Source of the DNA: an uncultured Verrucomicrobiae bacterium
GTDB lineage: Bacteria; Verrucomicrobiota; Verrucomicrobiia; Palsa-1439
Assembly: GCA_963812605.1 (NCBI GenBank)
Contig: CAWEWF010000014.1
Span: forward strand, 416,001-480,000
Length of the DNA stretch: 64,000 nt
Direction of reading: 5' to 3'
Shown here: in pieces, positions 42,292-54,444 of the stretch
How the letters are laid out: each line of letters starts with the position of its first letter
Numbering within the stretch: the first letter of the stretch is position 1
Notes under the pieces: generated by a model
Told to the model about the DNA's origin: nothing
The model's database searches: none
What the model saw: the letters and a program-made list of their open reading frames with translations, nothing else
Position numbers and translations under genes: made by a program

Positions 42292-44484
42292 ATGAGTTTT
42301 TTAGCCAAACCAAATCTGTCTTGCTCGCGAAACGTCAAAAGTAAATTACTATCCCTCGTCCTTCCAGTCCTGGTTGCCGTGCCGTGCCGCGCCCAGTTGA
42401 ACTATCCACCGACGAAAACCGTCGATGTCTCGGACACCTATTTCGGGAAGACGTACAATGATCCTTATCGCTGGCTGGAGGACATGAAGGACAAGGATGT
42501 CGAAGCCTGGTTCAAGGCCCAGGCGGAATTGACGGATGGCCTGCTCGCAAAGATCCCGGGAAGGGATGCGCTGGTGCAGGAATGGCTGGCGTTGGACAAA
42601 CTCAAACCTGCGGCTTACGCGGACATCCAGTATGAGCATGGGCGGGTTTTTTACAAAAAGACGCTCGGTGGCGAAAACGTGGGCAAACTCTATTTTCGTC
42701 AAGGTTGGAACGGGACGGAAAAACTGCTCTTTGATCCCGGCACGTATAAAGCCGGTGTGATCACGACCATCCAAAGCATTGTCCCTTCGTGGGACGGGAA
42801 ATACATCGCCATGGGGTTTTCTTCAGGCGGCGCTGAATGGTCAGAGATCCGGGTGTTGGATGTGGACCGGGGAACCTTGCTGCCGGAGAGCATCTACCCT
42901 TCCTATGGGCCCTACGGTTGGATGAAGGACAGCAAGTCTTTATTCTATGACGCGGGCAAGGTTGCAGACATCAAGAGCCTCGAAATCGAACTGAACCGCA
43001 AAACCAAGGTGCACAAGCTCGGCACCGAGGTCGCGACCGACGTCGATATGTTCAGCAACGAGAGCGACCCTGAACTGGGGATCACCGCCAAGGAGATGCC
43101 GGGTGCTTCGATTGACGAATCGTATCCAAGCTACATCGTCGGTTCCGTGGGAACCGTGCAAAACGAGATGCGGTTGTATTATGCTCCCGTCTCCGAGTTG
43201 AAGAACAAGAAGATCAAGTGGGATGTGCTGTGCAAGCCCTCGGACAATCTGGTGCGGGGATTCGAGTTCCATGGGGATTATGTTTACGCGGTGACCCATA
43301 CCGACGCACCCAAGTACAAGGTGGTGCGGACGAGCGCGAAGCATCCGGACTGGGACCACGCCGAGACCGTGATTCCCGAGGGGGCGGACTCCATCCAGCA
43401 CATCACGAAGAGCCGGCACTATCTTCTCGTCGTGTACTCCAACGGGGTTGTCGGCCGCCTCGTGAAGTATGACCTGAGCAACGGCAAGACCACCGAGATC
43501 AAGCTCCCGGCGTCGGGGACCCTGAGCGTCAGTTGTCCGGATTGGAGAACGGACCGTTGCCTGGTGTATATCAGCTCCTGGATCTCACCGTTGGCGATCT
43601 ATGATTTCGACGCGCACAAGGACACGTTCGCAAAGAGCATTTTCAACACGGACGTCTCGTATCCGGGTTTCGAGAACCTGGTCTCCGAGGAAGTCGAGGT
43701 GCCCGGACACGACGGGACCATGATCCCGCTCTCCATCATTCACAAGAAGGGCATCCCGATGGACGGATCGAACTGCTGCATTCTCACCGGCTACGGCGCT
43801 TATGGGATCAGTATAACTCCGCACTTTAGTATTCTGAATTCGGTGGCCACCCACGGGGTGGTGCTGGCGACTGCACATCCGCGGGGCGGCAGCGAAAAGG
43901 GCGAGGCATGGTACAAGGCCGGTTACAAGACGACCAAGCCGAATACCTGGAAGGACTTCATTTCCTGCGCGGAGTACCTCGTGAAGAAGGGGTATACCAG
44001 TCCCCAGAAGCTCGCCGGAACCGGCACCAGCGCCGGCGGAATCCTCATCAGCCGGGCCATCACGGAACGCCCAGATTTATTTGCTGCCGCGGTTTGCAAT
44101 GTCGGGTGTGCGAACGCGATGCGGCTGGAGTTCTCGCCCAATGGACCGGTCAATACGCCGGAATTTGGCACCGTGAAAGACCCCGTTGAATGCCAGGCGC
44201 TGTTTGAGATGGACGGCGTCCAGCACGTCGAGAAAGGCGTGAAGTACCCTGCGGTGATGGGTGTGGGCGGCTGGAATGATCCCCGCGTCACGGCGTGGGA
44301 ACCTGGCAAATTCGTGGCGGCCTTGCAGGCGGCAACGTCCTCGAGCAATCCGGTCCTGATGAAGGTGAACTACGACAACGGCCATTTCACGGAGGAGAAG
44401 AGTGTCACCTTCAAAAACTTCGCGGGCCAGTTCGCCTTTGTCCTTTGGCAGACCGGGCACAAAGACTTCCAGCCGGTGAAGTAG
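42292..44484 (+). CDS. Prolyl oligopeptidase family (S9A), exported
   Basis: DPYRWLED, GYGAYG, RGGSEKG, GTSAGG, NDPRV, GH. Confidence 0.93.
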   Translation: MSFLAKPNLSCSRNVKSKLLSLVLPVLVAVPCRAQLNYPPTKTVDVSDTYFGKTYNDPYRWLEDMKDKDVEAWFKAQAELTDGLLAKIPGRDALVQEWLALDKLKPAAYADIQYEHGRVFYKKTLGGENVGKLYFRQGWNGTEKLLFDPGTYKAGVITTIQSIVPSWDGKYIAMGFSSGGAEWSEIRVLDVDRGTLLPESIYPSYGPYGWMKDSKSLFYDAGKVADIKSLEIELNRKTKVHKLGTEVATDVDMFSNESDPELGITAKEMPGASIDESYPSYIVGSVGTVQNEMRLYYAPVSELKNKKIKWDVLCKPSDNLVRGFEFHGDYVYAVTHTDAPKYKVVRTSAKHPDWDHAETVIPEGADSIQHITKSRHYLLVVYSNGVVGRLVKYDLSNGKTTEIKLPASGTLSVSCPDWRTDRCLVYISSWISPLAIYDFDAHKDTFAKSIFNTDVSYPGFENLVSEEVEVPGHDGTMIPLSIIHKKGIPMDGSNCCILTGYGAYGISITPHFSILNSVATHGVVLATAHPRGGSEKGEAWYKAGYKTTKPNTWKDFISCAEYLVKKGYTSPQKLAGTGTSAGGILISRAITERPDLFAAAVCNVGCANAMRLEFSPNGPVNTPEFGTVKDPVECQALFEMDGVQHVEKGVKYPAVMGVGGWNDPRVTAWEPGKFVAALQAATSSSNPVLMKVNYDNGHFTEEKSVTFKNFAGQFAFVLWQTGHKDFQPVK

Positions 44485-44570
44485 ACAAGCAGAGCCTTGG
44501 ATTCACGCGTTGGCTCACGGGCCGTCAAAGCAACGTATCCGGCTGGGTAGGGAACGATCCACCCGCGCGA

Positions 44571-47500
44571 TCAAGGTATTGAGATGTCGATGCGATAGAA
44601 TTTCGCGGGTTGTGTCGCGTTTGTATCCGTGATGGACACCTGGTTGCCATTCGTTACCGGACCTGTAAACGTCGTGAGCGGCAGCCAGATGTCGCTGACC
44701 AGGTCCGTGCTGAACTGAGGGGTGTAAGTGCGCCCCGCCGGCACCGGGCCGAACTGCACGCTGGGTTGACTGACAGATGCGCCGGCGTACAACTGTTGAA
44801 TCTCTTGCTCCGAGAGTGCGCGGTTGTAGACCCGAACGTCGTCGATATCGCCGGGGAAGTATTCGTTGCCGTAGGAAGCGTCCGCCCCGATATAGAAATC
44901 CGGCTGACTTTGTCCAAATTGCTCGCCAGTGTCTGAGTTCTCGCAAGTGCCATTGACATACAGACAGCGGTTACCCGATGCATCACTGGTCACGGCCACA
45001 TGATACCATGCATTGGAGTCCCATTGGGCCCTCACTTGTGAGAGAAGGTAGAGACCCCCGGCCGTGCCATAGATGTAGAACTCAATCTGCCCAGGAAACC
45101 CGCTATAGGTATCGTTCATGAAAATGGCAGGCGTGGTCCCGTTTTGTCCGGGGTTGCCTCCCTGGCTAATTAGATCAACTGGCAGGTTTGTGGCCGTAAA
45201 TCCCGGCCGAAACCATATTGACCAGGTAAACGGATTGCCGGTGGTCAATTCCGTCGGGACACGAATGTATCCACTCGTACCGTCACAATGCAACGCGCTA
45301 TTCGGATTGCCAAATCTGTCGTTGGTAAGCGTAATGCCGCCAACAGCAATCCCGGTATGCCCATTGCCCGAGGCATCATTGGTCAAATTCCCAGTGAACG
45401 GGTAATATGCGGAGAGGCCACCGGTTACATTGAAGTTTGTCGAAATCAAGGTAATGTTGAGCCCAAAAGCCGACGAGGGGTTGGTCGGGTCAAGGCCCGC
45501 GATATACTTGAAGAGATTATTCTGGCCGGTGCCATCGAAGTCGCACGTGGCGCAGGAGGTCGAACCGGTGGACGATCCCGTCCCGAAGTACTGTTGACGC
45601 CACCAATTGGGGATGCCATCGCCGATGGTATCGGTGTTGTACAATTGCGTAATTTCGGAGGACGAGAGCGCACGTCCGCAGACCCGCACGTCATCCAAGG
45701 CGCCGCTAAATATGCTGGAGACATTGCCGGAGGGGGCGCTCCCGATGGCCAAGAGGTCGGGCGTAATGGCCAGGACGCCACTGGCGGGTTGTAGAGCGGC
45801 GATCTGGCCATCGATGTACAGGATCATCGATGATCCGTTAAAGGTGCCTGCCAGGTAATGCCAACTCCCGGCTGATGGGGCGCTCGCGAGCAAAACACCG
45901 TTGCTGACGCCGGGCAGCAGGAACTCCAGCTGGCCGGTCGTTGCGGAAAGCAGGGCGTACTGGTTATCCGAATTGCCTTTTTCCAGGATGCGTGGCGCGT
46001 GGCCGCCGCTGCCCCAAGAACTGGCGTTGACCCAGGCTGAGATGGTGATGCCGCTGAAGGGATTGAGGGAAGGAGAATTTGAAATGATCACCTCGGTCTG
46101 ACCATCAAAGTGCAAGGCTCCGCCGAAGACGCCGCCGACCCACGATATGGGATTGGCGAGCAGGTTGAGAATGGCGCCCGTGTTCGTGTTACCCGAAAAA
46201 TCGTTCGCCGTGCTTCCGCTACCTTCATCAAACGTCCAGTAACCCAGCAGTCCGGTTTGGCATTGGCCGCCGCCGTCCGCGCAGGGCGGGACCTGGAAGG
46301 TAAGTTGTAGTCCATTAGCGAGAACACCGCTGCTGCACTCAAATTGGCTGAAGTCATTGGTATTGTTTTGAACGCCGACCGTGCCGCTACTGCCGTTGCC
46401 GTTCAGGTTGCCGTAAATGATATCGAAGCGTTGCTGGTTCTCGTAGAGGCACACTTCGAAATTGACCGTCGACGTGGACACGCCGCCGCTGTAGTACACG
46501 GCACGCCACTCGATGTTGAAAACGCGGTTTGGCGCAACGCCTGTGGTCGAGGTGAAGACCCCGTTGCCGCTGCCGTCGGTCCGTAAATCCTGCCATTGCG
46601 GGAAGATACTTTGGTCAACCCCGTAGGCCGGTAGACAGACATTCTTGGGAGTGGCGTTGCTGCCAGTGAATTGGAGGTTTCCGTTGGAACTCAGCGTTAC
46701 GTTGGAATAGGACTGTCCATAAAACGGGTAGGCGAATGGCAGGCCAATCGTGGTGCAGCAGTCGTCGCAATGATTCCCGGTATCGGTAACGCCCGGCACG
46801 ATGCTGGCGCCGTTCGTTTGCGTGATGGCGTAGACACTGCTGCTCGGGATCGTGTAATTGAGCGTACTCGAGCCGGTGTTGAAGGTGACCGCCAGACTGA
46901 GCGCGACGGGAGCACCGCAGACGAAGGATGGCGACGTGGTGATCTGGAAAGGAATTGTGTTGGAGGCAGTGGCGGTTGGCACGAGGCTCGGATACGTCGA
47001 TGTCGGCTGAAGAATGGTCACGCCGGGCGTGGTGGTGCTTAACGTGACATTCACGACGTTGGCGGTGCCATTGCCGAAATTCTGAATCGACACAGAGAGA
47101 AAATTGCACTCATCCGGATCGATCGCTCCGTTCCCATTTCCGCCAGTTACCGTCGTTCCAACGACAGTGAGGAGCGGGCTCAGATTCGCGGACAGCAGGG
47201 CGTTGATTAAATTTATCCCCGCGGGAGTGCCCCAGCCCGTACAAAGGTCATAACCGGCAACCGCATTAAAGTTCACGGGACTTTTGCCGGAAGTATTGTT
47301 ACCGGTGATCGTATCGTGAAAGCTCGTGGCGTACCTTGATCCAAGGCCCAGCGTGTAGACCACCGGGTTGAGAAACCCGACCGGCGCAGCGCCCTGGCTG
47401 GCGGCTTGTTGATTGACGAGGGCTGTGAAGCCGGCCCACAGCGGCGATGCGCAACTCGTGCCGCCAACATCCAGGTTTCCGCCGTCAGCGCGGACATACA

Positions 47501-48897
47501 CGTTGTCCGCCGTCAATGCGACATCGGGAATGTTGTGGTGGGTCGTCGAGCCGTGGTTGGCGGTCATGCTCACGTTTGTCTGCCAGGCCGGGATGGGGTA
47601 TTGGGTGCTGATCCCGCCGGCGCTCCCGATACCGTTGCCCCAATTCCAAACGGTCTCCGAAACGAAGGCGCCGCCCGGACCGGTCGTGGTCAATGTGGTT
47701 CCGCCAACTTCCGTGATGTAGGGCGAGTCGTCAGGAAAGGGGATCAAGCCGGTGTAGGCATCGTAGTCGCCCGAGGCGGCAAAAAACGTCTGGCCCTGCG
47801 CCGCCATCTGCTGAAAAATCTGATCGGCAACCGGGTCCCGCCGGCTGACCCGGGCTATACCACGAACAGCTTATTTGTTTGGCCAGATTGTCGGTGACGA
47901 TCCGGTTCAGAACGTCGTGCCAGTTACCCGAAGGCCCCGCCTCGTAAATGATGACTTGGGACAGCCCTGGCGCCATGGAGATTGCCATTTCAATGTCCAA
48001 AGACACCTCGACTTCGCCGCCATTCCCGGTGGGCGTACCGCTAAATCCGTCCAGCAACACATTTGATAGCGGGACACTGGGGAGTCCGTTCACGCTCTCG
48101 TAGTAGGTAATGTCAGCCGCCGTATAACCATCAAACTGTAGCAGCCCGACAATCTGCCCCAAGCCGTTCAGGGATGAACCCGGCACGTACGCCGCCCGGA
48201 AATCGTTTCCCATGTATTCGCCGCCAGGCCCGGAACCACTGCTCGGCTGCGCTTGTGGCTGGCCAGCCGATCGAATTTTGACAAGCGGCTGCGGCACGCT
48301 GAAATTACTCAGGCCGCTAATGCCGAGGATCGAAATCCCCGCGGCAACCGACGGCTCGACGTCCGGCGCGTAGAACGTGCGCGGTTCCGTCGGGTGCTGG
48401 TAGACCCGCATCGTTACATGGAGAGCTTTCTCAATATCCGCCACTGACGCGGTGACACTGAGAAGGACTCGGTTCGGGTGGCGAGTGCTCACGATGAAAC
48501 CTTGAGAGGTTACGAAGGCGACCAGCGTCGCGTAATCCTTTTCGGTTGGACCAAAGTTCTCCGCAAACTGTTCTGGCGTTAGATAATGACGAAAATTAGG
48601 ACTTGTTGGATCGGAAACCTGCTGGAGGAAGGCGTTAAGCGCCGCCTGATTGCGTAACGGCAGTCCAATGGCCAGATTTAACCGATTCGTGCTTGCGAGC
48701 CGACCCAGCGGCTGTAGATTCAACTGCGTCACCACTGTCGGCACGGTGCCGTTTAGCACCTGACCTTCAGCGGTCTTTACAGCTATTACGAAAAGAAGCA
48801 GTACTGAGACGCGTGCAATGGTAAAAAGTGCCCCGAGAATCAGTGGTTTTGCCGACGCACAAAATTGCCGTTGTTTAGAGAACTCCCGTTGCTTCAT
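44571..48897 (-). CDS. Secreted S53 (sedolisin/kumamolisin) protease with pro-domain and two LamG domains (apparent frameshift ~47838)
   Basis: Activation domain YLTPEQFAENFGP; EVSLD, ASGD, GGTSCASP; two LamG-like domains. Confidence 0.9.
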
Positions 48898-49036
48898 TGA
48901 TCAAATGCCTCACCGGTCAACTCGGAACGTATTTCCAGCGCTGCGCCACAGCACGAGTTGGAGTGGGGAAGCGGCCTCCAAAACGAAGTGATACCGTACT
49001 TATAGGCCTGTGCCTATGGGATTACAAGACATTTCG

Positions 49037-49175
49037 GGTAGTGTATCAATTTGAGCCGAGACGCTTCTGCATTGTAGGGCAGGCGGCCCGCCTGCCACGT
49101 CGATGAACGACGGCAAGCGGGCCGCTTGCCCTACAAATCACGGCGGAACGGGTCTACTCAAAATGACACACTACC
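49037..49175. mobile_element. MITE with 19-bp TIRs, 8-bp TSD and an internal REP doublet
   Basis: TIRs GGTAGTGTATCAATTTGAG / CTCAAAATGACACACTACC (17/19). ACATTTCG at 49029-49036 and 49176-49183. Inverted GTAG-REP pair at 49072-49136. Confidence 0.85.
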
Positions 49176-49292
49176 ACATTTCGTGTGGCGAACTCGTGGC
49201 GCGCCTTGCAGGGGACAACGGCCACTTCACAGAGGAGAGAGGATTGGGGATTGCTTTGCGTCTCGCGGATGCGTGTCGTCGCAAAAACTATC

Positions 49293-49607
49293 TTAACTTC
49301 TGCTTGTCCGCGAGGGAGAATCGAGCTGCTTGTTTTCAGCCTGTTCCATTTTGTTAAACAGCTCGGTCCTGGCTGCGGAGTGGCTGACCATATTCTCGTT
49401 TATCTCCACGACTCGCAACGCTCCCTGCGGATTCCGTTTCATTACGACGTAACTCCAGGTACCCGTCTGCTCATGATCGATGGCGCCCATGATAGTATTG
49501 TCTTCGTTCGCGAACCACTCGACCAGATCCCCGGTATACGATTCAAGTAAAGGTCTGGCGGGAAAGAGTTTGTCAAATTCGTCGCGGGAAATTGCTCTAA
49601 AATCCAT
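49293..49607 (-). CDS. Hypothetical protein
   Basis: 104-aa ORF with protein-like composition; no family recognised. Confidence 0.6.
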   Translation of the reverse strand: MDFRAISRDEFDKLFPARPLLESYTGDLVEWFANEDNTIMGAIDHEQTGTWSYVVMKRNPQGALRVVEINENMVSHSAARTELFNKMEQAENKQLDSPSRTSRS

Positions 49608-49823
49608 TGGTAATCTGCCTTTCTGCATTCCGCCTGAATGTTGCCGTAATTGAATCCCTTTTCCATCGGATGAATGCGGATTTTGAGGTCGGACAAAAGC
49701 CTAGTGGGGAACGTTTGCGGATTGCTTCGCGTCTCGCGGGCTTGGCGTTGGATCTTCGATCGGAAATTGAGCGCTGGCTAGAAATATGCGATTGTGCGGG
49801 ACTGACCCCTTTTCCGGTACTGA

Positions 49824-50639
49824 TCACTTCGGCGGTTCATTCAGGAATGAAAAATGAATCTGATACCAGCCGTTCGTGCCCGGTCGCCCGATGTCGTAGC
49901 CCCGTTCGTAATACTCCTTGTTGTGTGTGTCACGGAAACGGATCTCCTCTTCTGGAAATGGCTCAACGATCCATCCCATCCGGCAGGTGATGGCAAGCTC
50001 GGTCAGTAACTCTCGCAGGGTAATATTGCGAAACGAGCGCGGTTGCAGCTTCTGAACGAACTCTTGTCCTCTAAATTCACCGATGTGAACCTGATACTTC
50101 ATCAGGAATACTCCGAGGACTTTTCGATACCACCCTTGATTGATCTGCTCTTGGTTGATGGAGAATTCCGGCACGGGTTGATTCAACGGCCAATCTTTTC
50201 GCTCTTGAATGCCGTGCGCGAAAACGTGTAGGCACCGGCCGCCACCGATTATCTCGTATGTATAGCGCGGCTGATCTTTCAGGATCTCCTTTATCGCCTG
50301 CTCGATGGTGACATCCTTGAGATCGACTTTGAACGCGGTGGCCCACTTTTCTATCCGTCGTTTCTGCTCTTCGGAAGGGGCACGGAACAGGCCGAGCTTG
50401 TCTCTCACCGACATATCTTGGTACGTAAGCGTATCCAATTCGAACAGGTACGGAATACCGCTCCTATCCAGTAAGACCATAAGCCCAATGGCCCAATTGG
50501 GCTTCACGGTGCGGAATTCCGACAATTTACGGGATAGGTCAATCGGGGGTTGGTTGCCGTCCTGGGCTGAAATCCGATTGTTTGTGCTCGTCAAAACAAT
50601 AATCGCTGTCAGCAATGTTTTTCGAAAGGAATGATTCAT
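49824..50639 (-). CDS. Exported hypothetical protein with STN-like repeats
   Basis: Signal-like N-terminus; VDLKDVTIEQAIKEIL..RYTYEI and FRNITLRELLTELA. Confidence 0.65.
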   Translation of the reverse strand: MNHSFRKTLLTAIIVLTSTNNRISAQDGNQPPIDLSRKLSEFRTVKPNWAIGLMVLLDRSGIPYLFELDTLTYQDMSVRDKLGLFRAPSEEQKRRIEKWATAFKVDLKDVTIEQAIKEILKDQPRYTYEIIGGGRCLHVFAHGIQERKDWPLNQPVPEFSINQEQINQGWYRKVLGVFLMKYQVHIGEFRGQEFVQKLQPRSFRNITLRELLTELAITCRMGWIVEPFPEEEIRFRDTHNKEYYERGYDIGRPGTNGWYQIHFSFLNEPPK

Positions 50640-50650
50640 GGGCGCTCCAA

Positions 50651-53600
50651 TTATTGGCATGTGCCGAAATCGCCCACCGCGATGCCGTGCGCATGCGTAC
50701 AAACAACGTTGTGGCAATTAGTTACGCAATCGACTGTTAATCTCTGAATCATGGTAAAATCAAGCTGATCAGCGCAGTACGTGTCGACTTGGAACTCGTC
50801 ATGAACCCGGCCGTTCGCATCAGTGGGGGCGTCGCGCGTGAAGTTCGAGCACGGTGCCGGAGCAGGTGTTGGAAAGTCCTCGTGGACATTTATCCCTTTC
50901 ACCCGGAGTGCCCCGTGATCGGGCAGTTGATTCACTATTTGGTAGACGCATGCGTTTGTGAATCCAACCCCGCTCGAAAGATCGCCGGGCGCCCAGCTTA
51001 CCAATTGAATTCCCGCCGGCATGAGCACCGTTAGGCTGTTGGTTGTTGTGAGCGTGACGTTGTAGGGAGTCGTGAACGTCATGGTTATCTGCACATCCCC
51101 TGCGTTTATGCTGGGCGCCTTGGGCGTGATCGTGGCGACGTTGTTGGTGCTCGTTATCTGGACGAGGCTGGCTCCGGCAATTACTGACCACGTGTACGTC
51201 CCGACCGTGTAAAGCTCTCCGGTGCTCGTCTTGGCGCGTGCCGTGAGTAGGACGTTCGTTTGCTGCGATTGGTTGCACAAATATAATACGTTCGTCGGCC
51301 CGTCAACCGAGACGGAAAGATTCCCGATTCCAGCGAAGTAGAGAATGTGGACGCTATTCTGTGCAGTGGAGGTGGATTGGGCATTGGGCCACTGCTCGAC
51401 GCTGGTGGCGGTAATCGTCGGGTAGGTGAAGTCGTTTTCCGTAATCGTATAGCGCGTGTTGGTCTTGATCTTCACCACAAAACCAATATTGGTTGTGACG
51501 TACCACCCGTAATCATTGGTCGAGTAGATCAGGCCCGGTTGCCCCCAGAACGTGATTTGATTCGGGTCACTGTCCCAGGTGTCGAAGGGAAACGGCGGCA
51601 AGTAGTAGAGCATGTTATCGAAATGCAGGATCACCGTTTGCTCTTCGTCGACCGGCCAATGCTTGATGAAGGTCAGTGCCCCTTGCCAGTGCCCGCCGCC
51701 CAACGAGTGTTCCTGAGCGTCGACGCAACAGCCGCTGATCTGGGACCCTGCGCAATCAACGTTGGTCGGGCAATTGCTGAACTCCTGATAGTATCCCGCA
51801 TCCAAATGGTGGCCGTCGCTCCAGACTTCGCTTTGATACCAGCCGAGGCCGTCCATGGACCATCCGTTCGGGTCCCAGGTAAAGGACATCTGGTGATTGT
51901 TGCAGTTAGGGGAGGCGAGACAATCGCCATCCAACGAATAGTCAGTGTCATAGTTAAGAGGGTTTAGGAACTGGTTTCCCGGTCCACTCCAATATAACTC
52001 ACTCGCGCCTTCGCCCCGGTAGGGATGCGAGTGCGGATAGTTCTGGACAAACCAACAACTGGTATCCACATCCCTCCAATCATCCGGCAAGTTCTCCCAA
52101 TACTGCACCACCTCATACCCGTAAACTACCTCCCGTGCGGTCGCCGCACTGCCGTCAGTATCGATGGCCTGTACCTCGATGACATTGGCATCGATGTTAT
52201 TGAGCGATACTGTCGCACTAAACGTTATGCCGCCGGACCCGCTCGTCGTCGAAGCCGTTTGGCCATTGACCGTGATAGTGCCGGTGAAGTTCGTGCTCGC
52301 GAAGCCTGTCACCGTCACATTCGTGGCATTCACGTCCGTACCGGCCACCGGGCTGTCGATTTCCAAGAAGACACTTGTGTTTTGAATGATCGTAAAGCTG
52401 TTTGTGGCGGCAATCGAGCCGGAATTCCGCGCGGAGACAACCACGATGTTACTGCCGGGCACGATGGGCACTTCACCCCACCAGTTCGTGCCGTGCACAG
52501 CTGCATTGACGGTGGAGTTGGTAATGGTGTTGTCCATGGCATCCAACACATCAATTTGAATGGTCGCATTGTCGTTGTCGATTCCACCGGAGACAGCAAT
52601 GGTTGTCGCGTTGGAGCCGACCACTATCGTGTTGGTCACATCCACCGTGAAGACAGGAAGGTTTGTCGCCGAAGTCGGATCGTAGATGAGCCACACGGAG
52701 TTGGTCACGGTGAACCCGGCATGGTCGGCGGCCACCGCCGTGAAGGTATTGGTGCCGGCCACCAAGTCTTCCAGCCCGGCCCACCAGTTGCCGTTGGTGT
52801 CGCGGCCGTTTACGAAATCACCATTCACGGTGACTTGCAGCCAGCGGTTGGTGTCCAACGCCGGAGCGTTTGTTGCCGCGTCGGCGGCAAATCCCTGAAT
52901 GTTAATGCGCCGCGTGACGACCGTCACCCCGTTGCTGGGCGAGCCAATCGAAATCGTGGGAGGATGCGTATCCAACTCGATCGTCTGCCCAAACACCGGA
53001 CTCAGCGTGCCAGAATTCTTGAGCAACTGAAGGTAGATGCTATGCAGACCGTCGTTGGTGTTCAGCAGCGTATAGGTGAACGGCGAGGCAAACGAGTTCG
53101 TGACACCGTTGGTCATTGTGATGGATTCGGAAATGATCACGTGATCAGCAACCAGCCCCGGGAATCCGAGTTGCACTTGTGCGTTGGTCACCACATCGGC
53201 ACCGCCATTGATGGTAAAACTATAGGGTGCCAAACTGGCGGGATTATTCGGATCAGTTCCCTTCTGGTACTCCCCGAGGTTCGACCAGAAATCGTTGTCC
53301 GGGTCTTCTGAGTCCAGATTCGGATCGAGGGGATTCAGCCTATTGTCAACGGCCCAACCGCTAGGGATGGCGTCGCCATTGTAGCCCTCGGCGGGCGGGA
53401 TTCGGACAACTTTATAGAATTGGCTGGTAACGCCGCTCGCCGTATTCGTATCTTCCCATGTGGTTGAGAGGTCTTCACCCCACATCGCGGTCACCCCGAC
53501 CCAGTTGCTCAAATCGGCTGAGGAAAATATGCCGTAGACGTGGTCGGAACACGAGGTCCATGTCAGGAAAGTGTTGCCCGAACCATCTTGCTCGATGTCG

Positions 53601-54315
53601 GTGATCTGGAAGCCGCTGCTTTCATCAGTGATCGTGCAGGGAATATCATCGTCCATCGCCATGAACATCATTCTGCCGCCGCCTGCGAAGCTCAATGCAG
53701 ACAACGTCCATGCCGCTGCTGCTGCCTCGGCCTCAGCTTCTTCATTGCTAGCGTAGGTCGAATACTGAACGGCATCGGCCAGTCTCGTCTTGAGTGTGAC
53801 AATGGGGGCGGAATCTCATCGGCAGTTAAACCCCAGCAATCGAGGCAATTCGTCACTTGCTGCCATTCCCGCCAGACCCAGGCATTGTAGCCCAGTTGCG
53901 TGCCGGGCTCGTAGCCACTCGGTGCCTCAATGCTCGCGATTACATCCGTCGAGCATCCTGATTGTACCAACGTTTCGCCCGTCAGAACGTTCTTGGTCAA
54001 AACCACGGACGTAACCGTTACCCCATGCATCTGGAGTGTCGCGCAGGAATTCGTGGACGTGGATAGCAAGTCCGCGCAGGTGACTTGCGAGCAATCAATC
54101 CACCACGGCTCGCCGTTGTCCGTTGGGTACGCCCGCCACTGCCACGGCGTCCACGGCAGATAGAGGCTATAGTTCGCGCTGAAGGCCATCTTGGTCAACT
54201 CGGCCAAATTGGTGATGGTCACATCCTGGGCAAGGGTCACTCCCGCAAATGCCAAAAAGAGGATATGGGAAAAAAGCGTCAGTCGCAGTCGGATGTGCTC
54301 GCCAGTCATATTCAT
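50651..54315 (-). CDS. Large secreted multidomain protein, ~1220 aa (apparent frameshift ~53805)
   Basis: The signal-peptide ORF 53692..54315 joins 50651..53704 if one base is added in the G5 run (EIPPP-IVTLKTRLADA). Ig-like repeats and a Cys-rich C-terminus. Confidence 0.75.
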
Positions 54316-54444
54316 GCTCGCCCGCTCCTTACCGCTTTGAGCCGCAGATCAAATTTAGAATTCTTCGCCTGGCAGGCTTCTACGCTGCTCGTTTTCCGAA
54401 AGCAAGGCTTTCCTATAGCGGTTTGATTTGGCCTGGCGCGACCA

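Noticed and set aside
52025-53311. Long antisense ORFs (also 61723..63141 and 27429..28490)
   Set aside because: Shadows of GC-rich genes on the opposite strand
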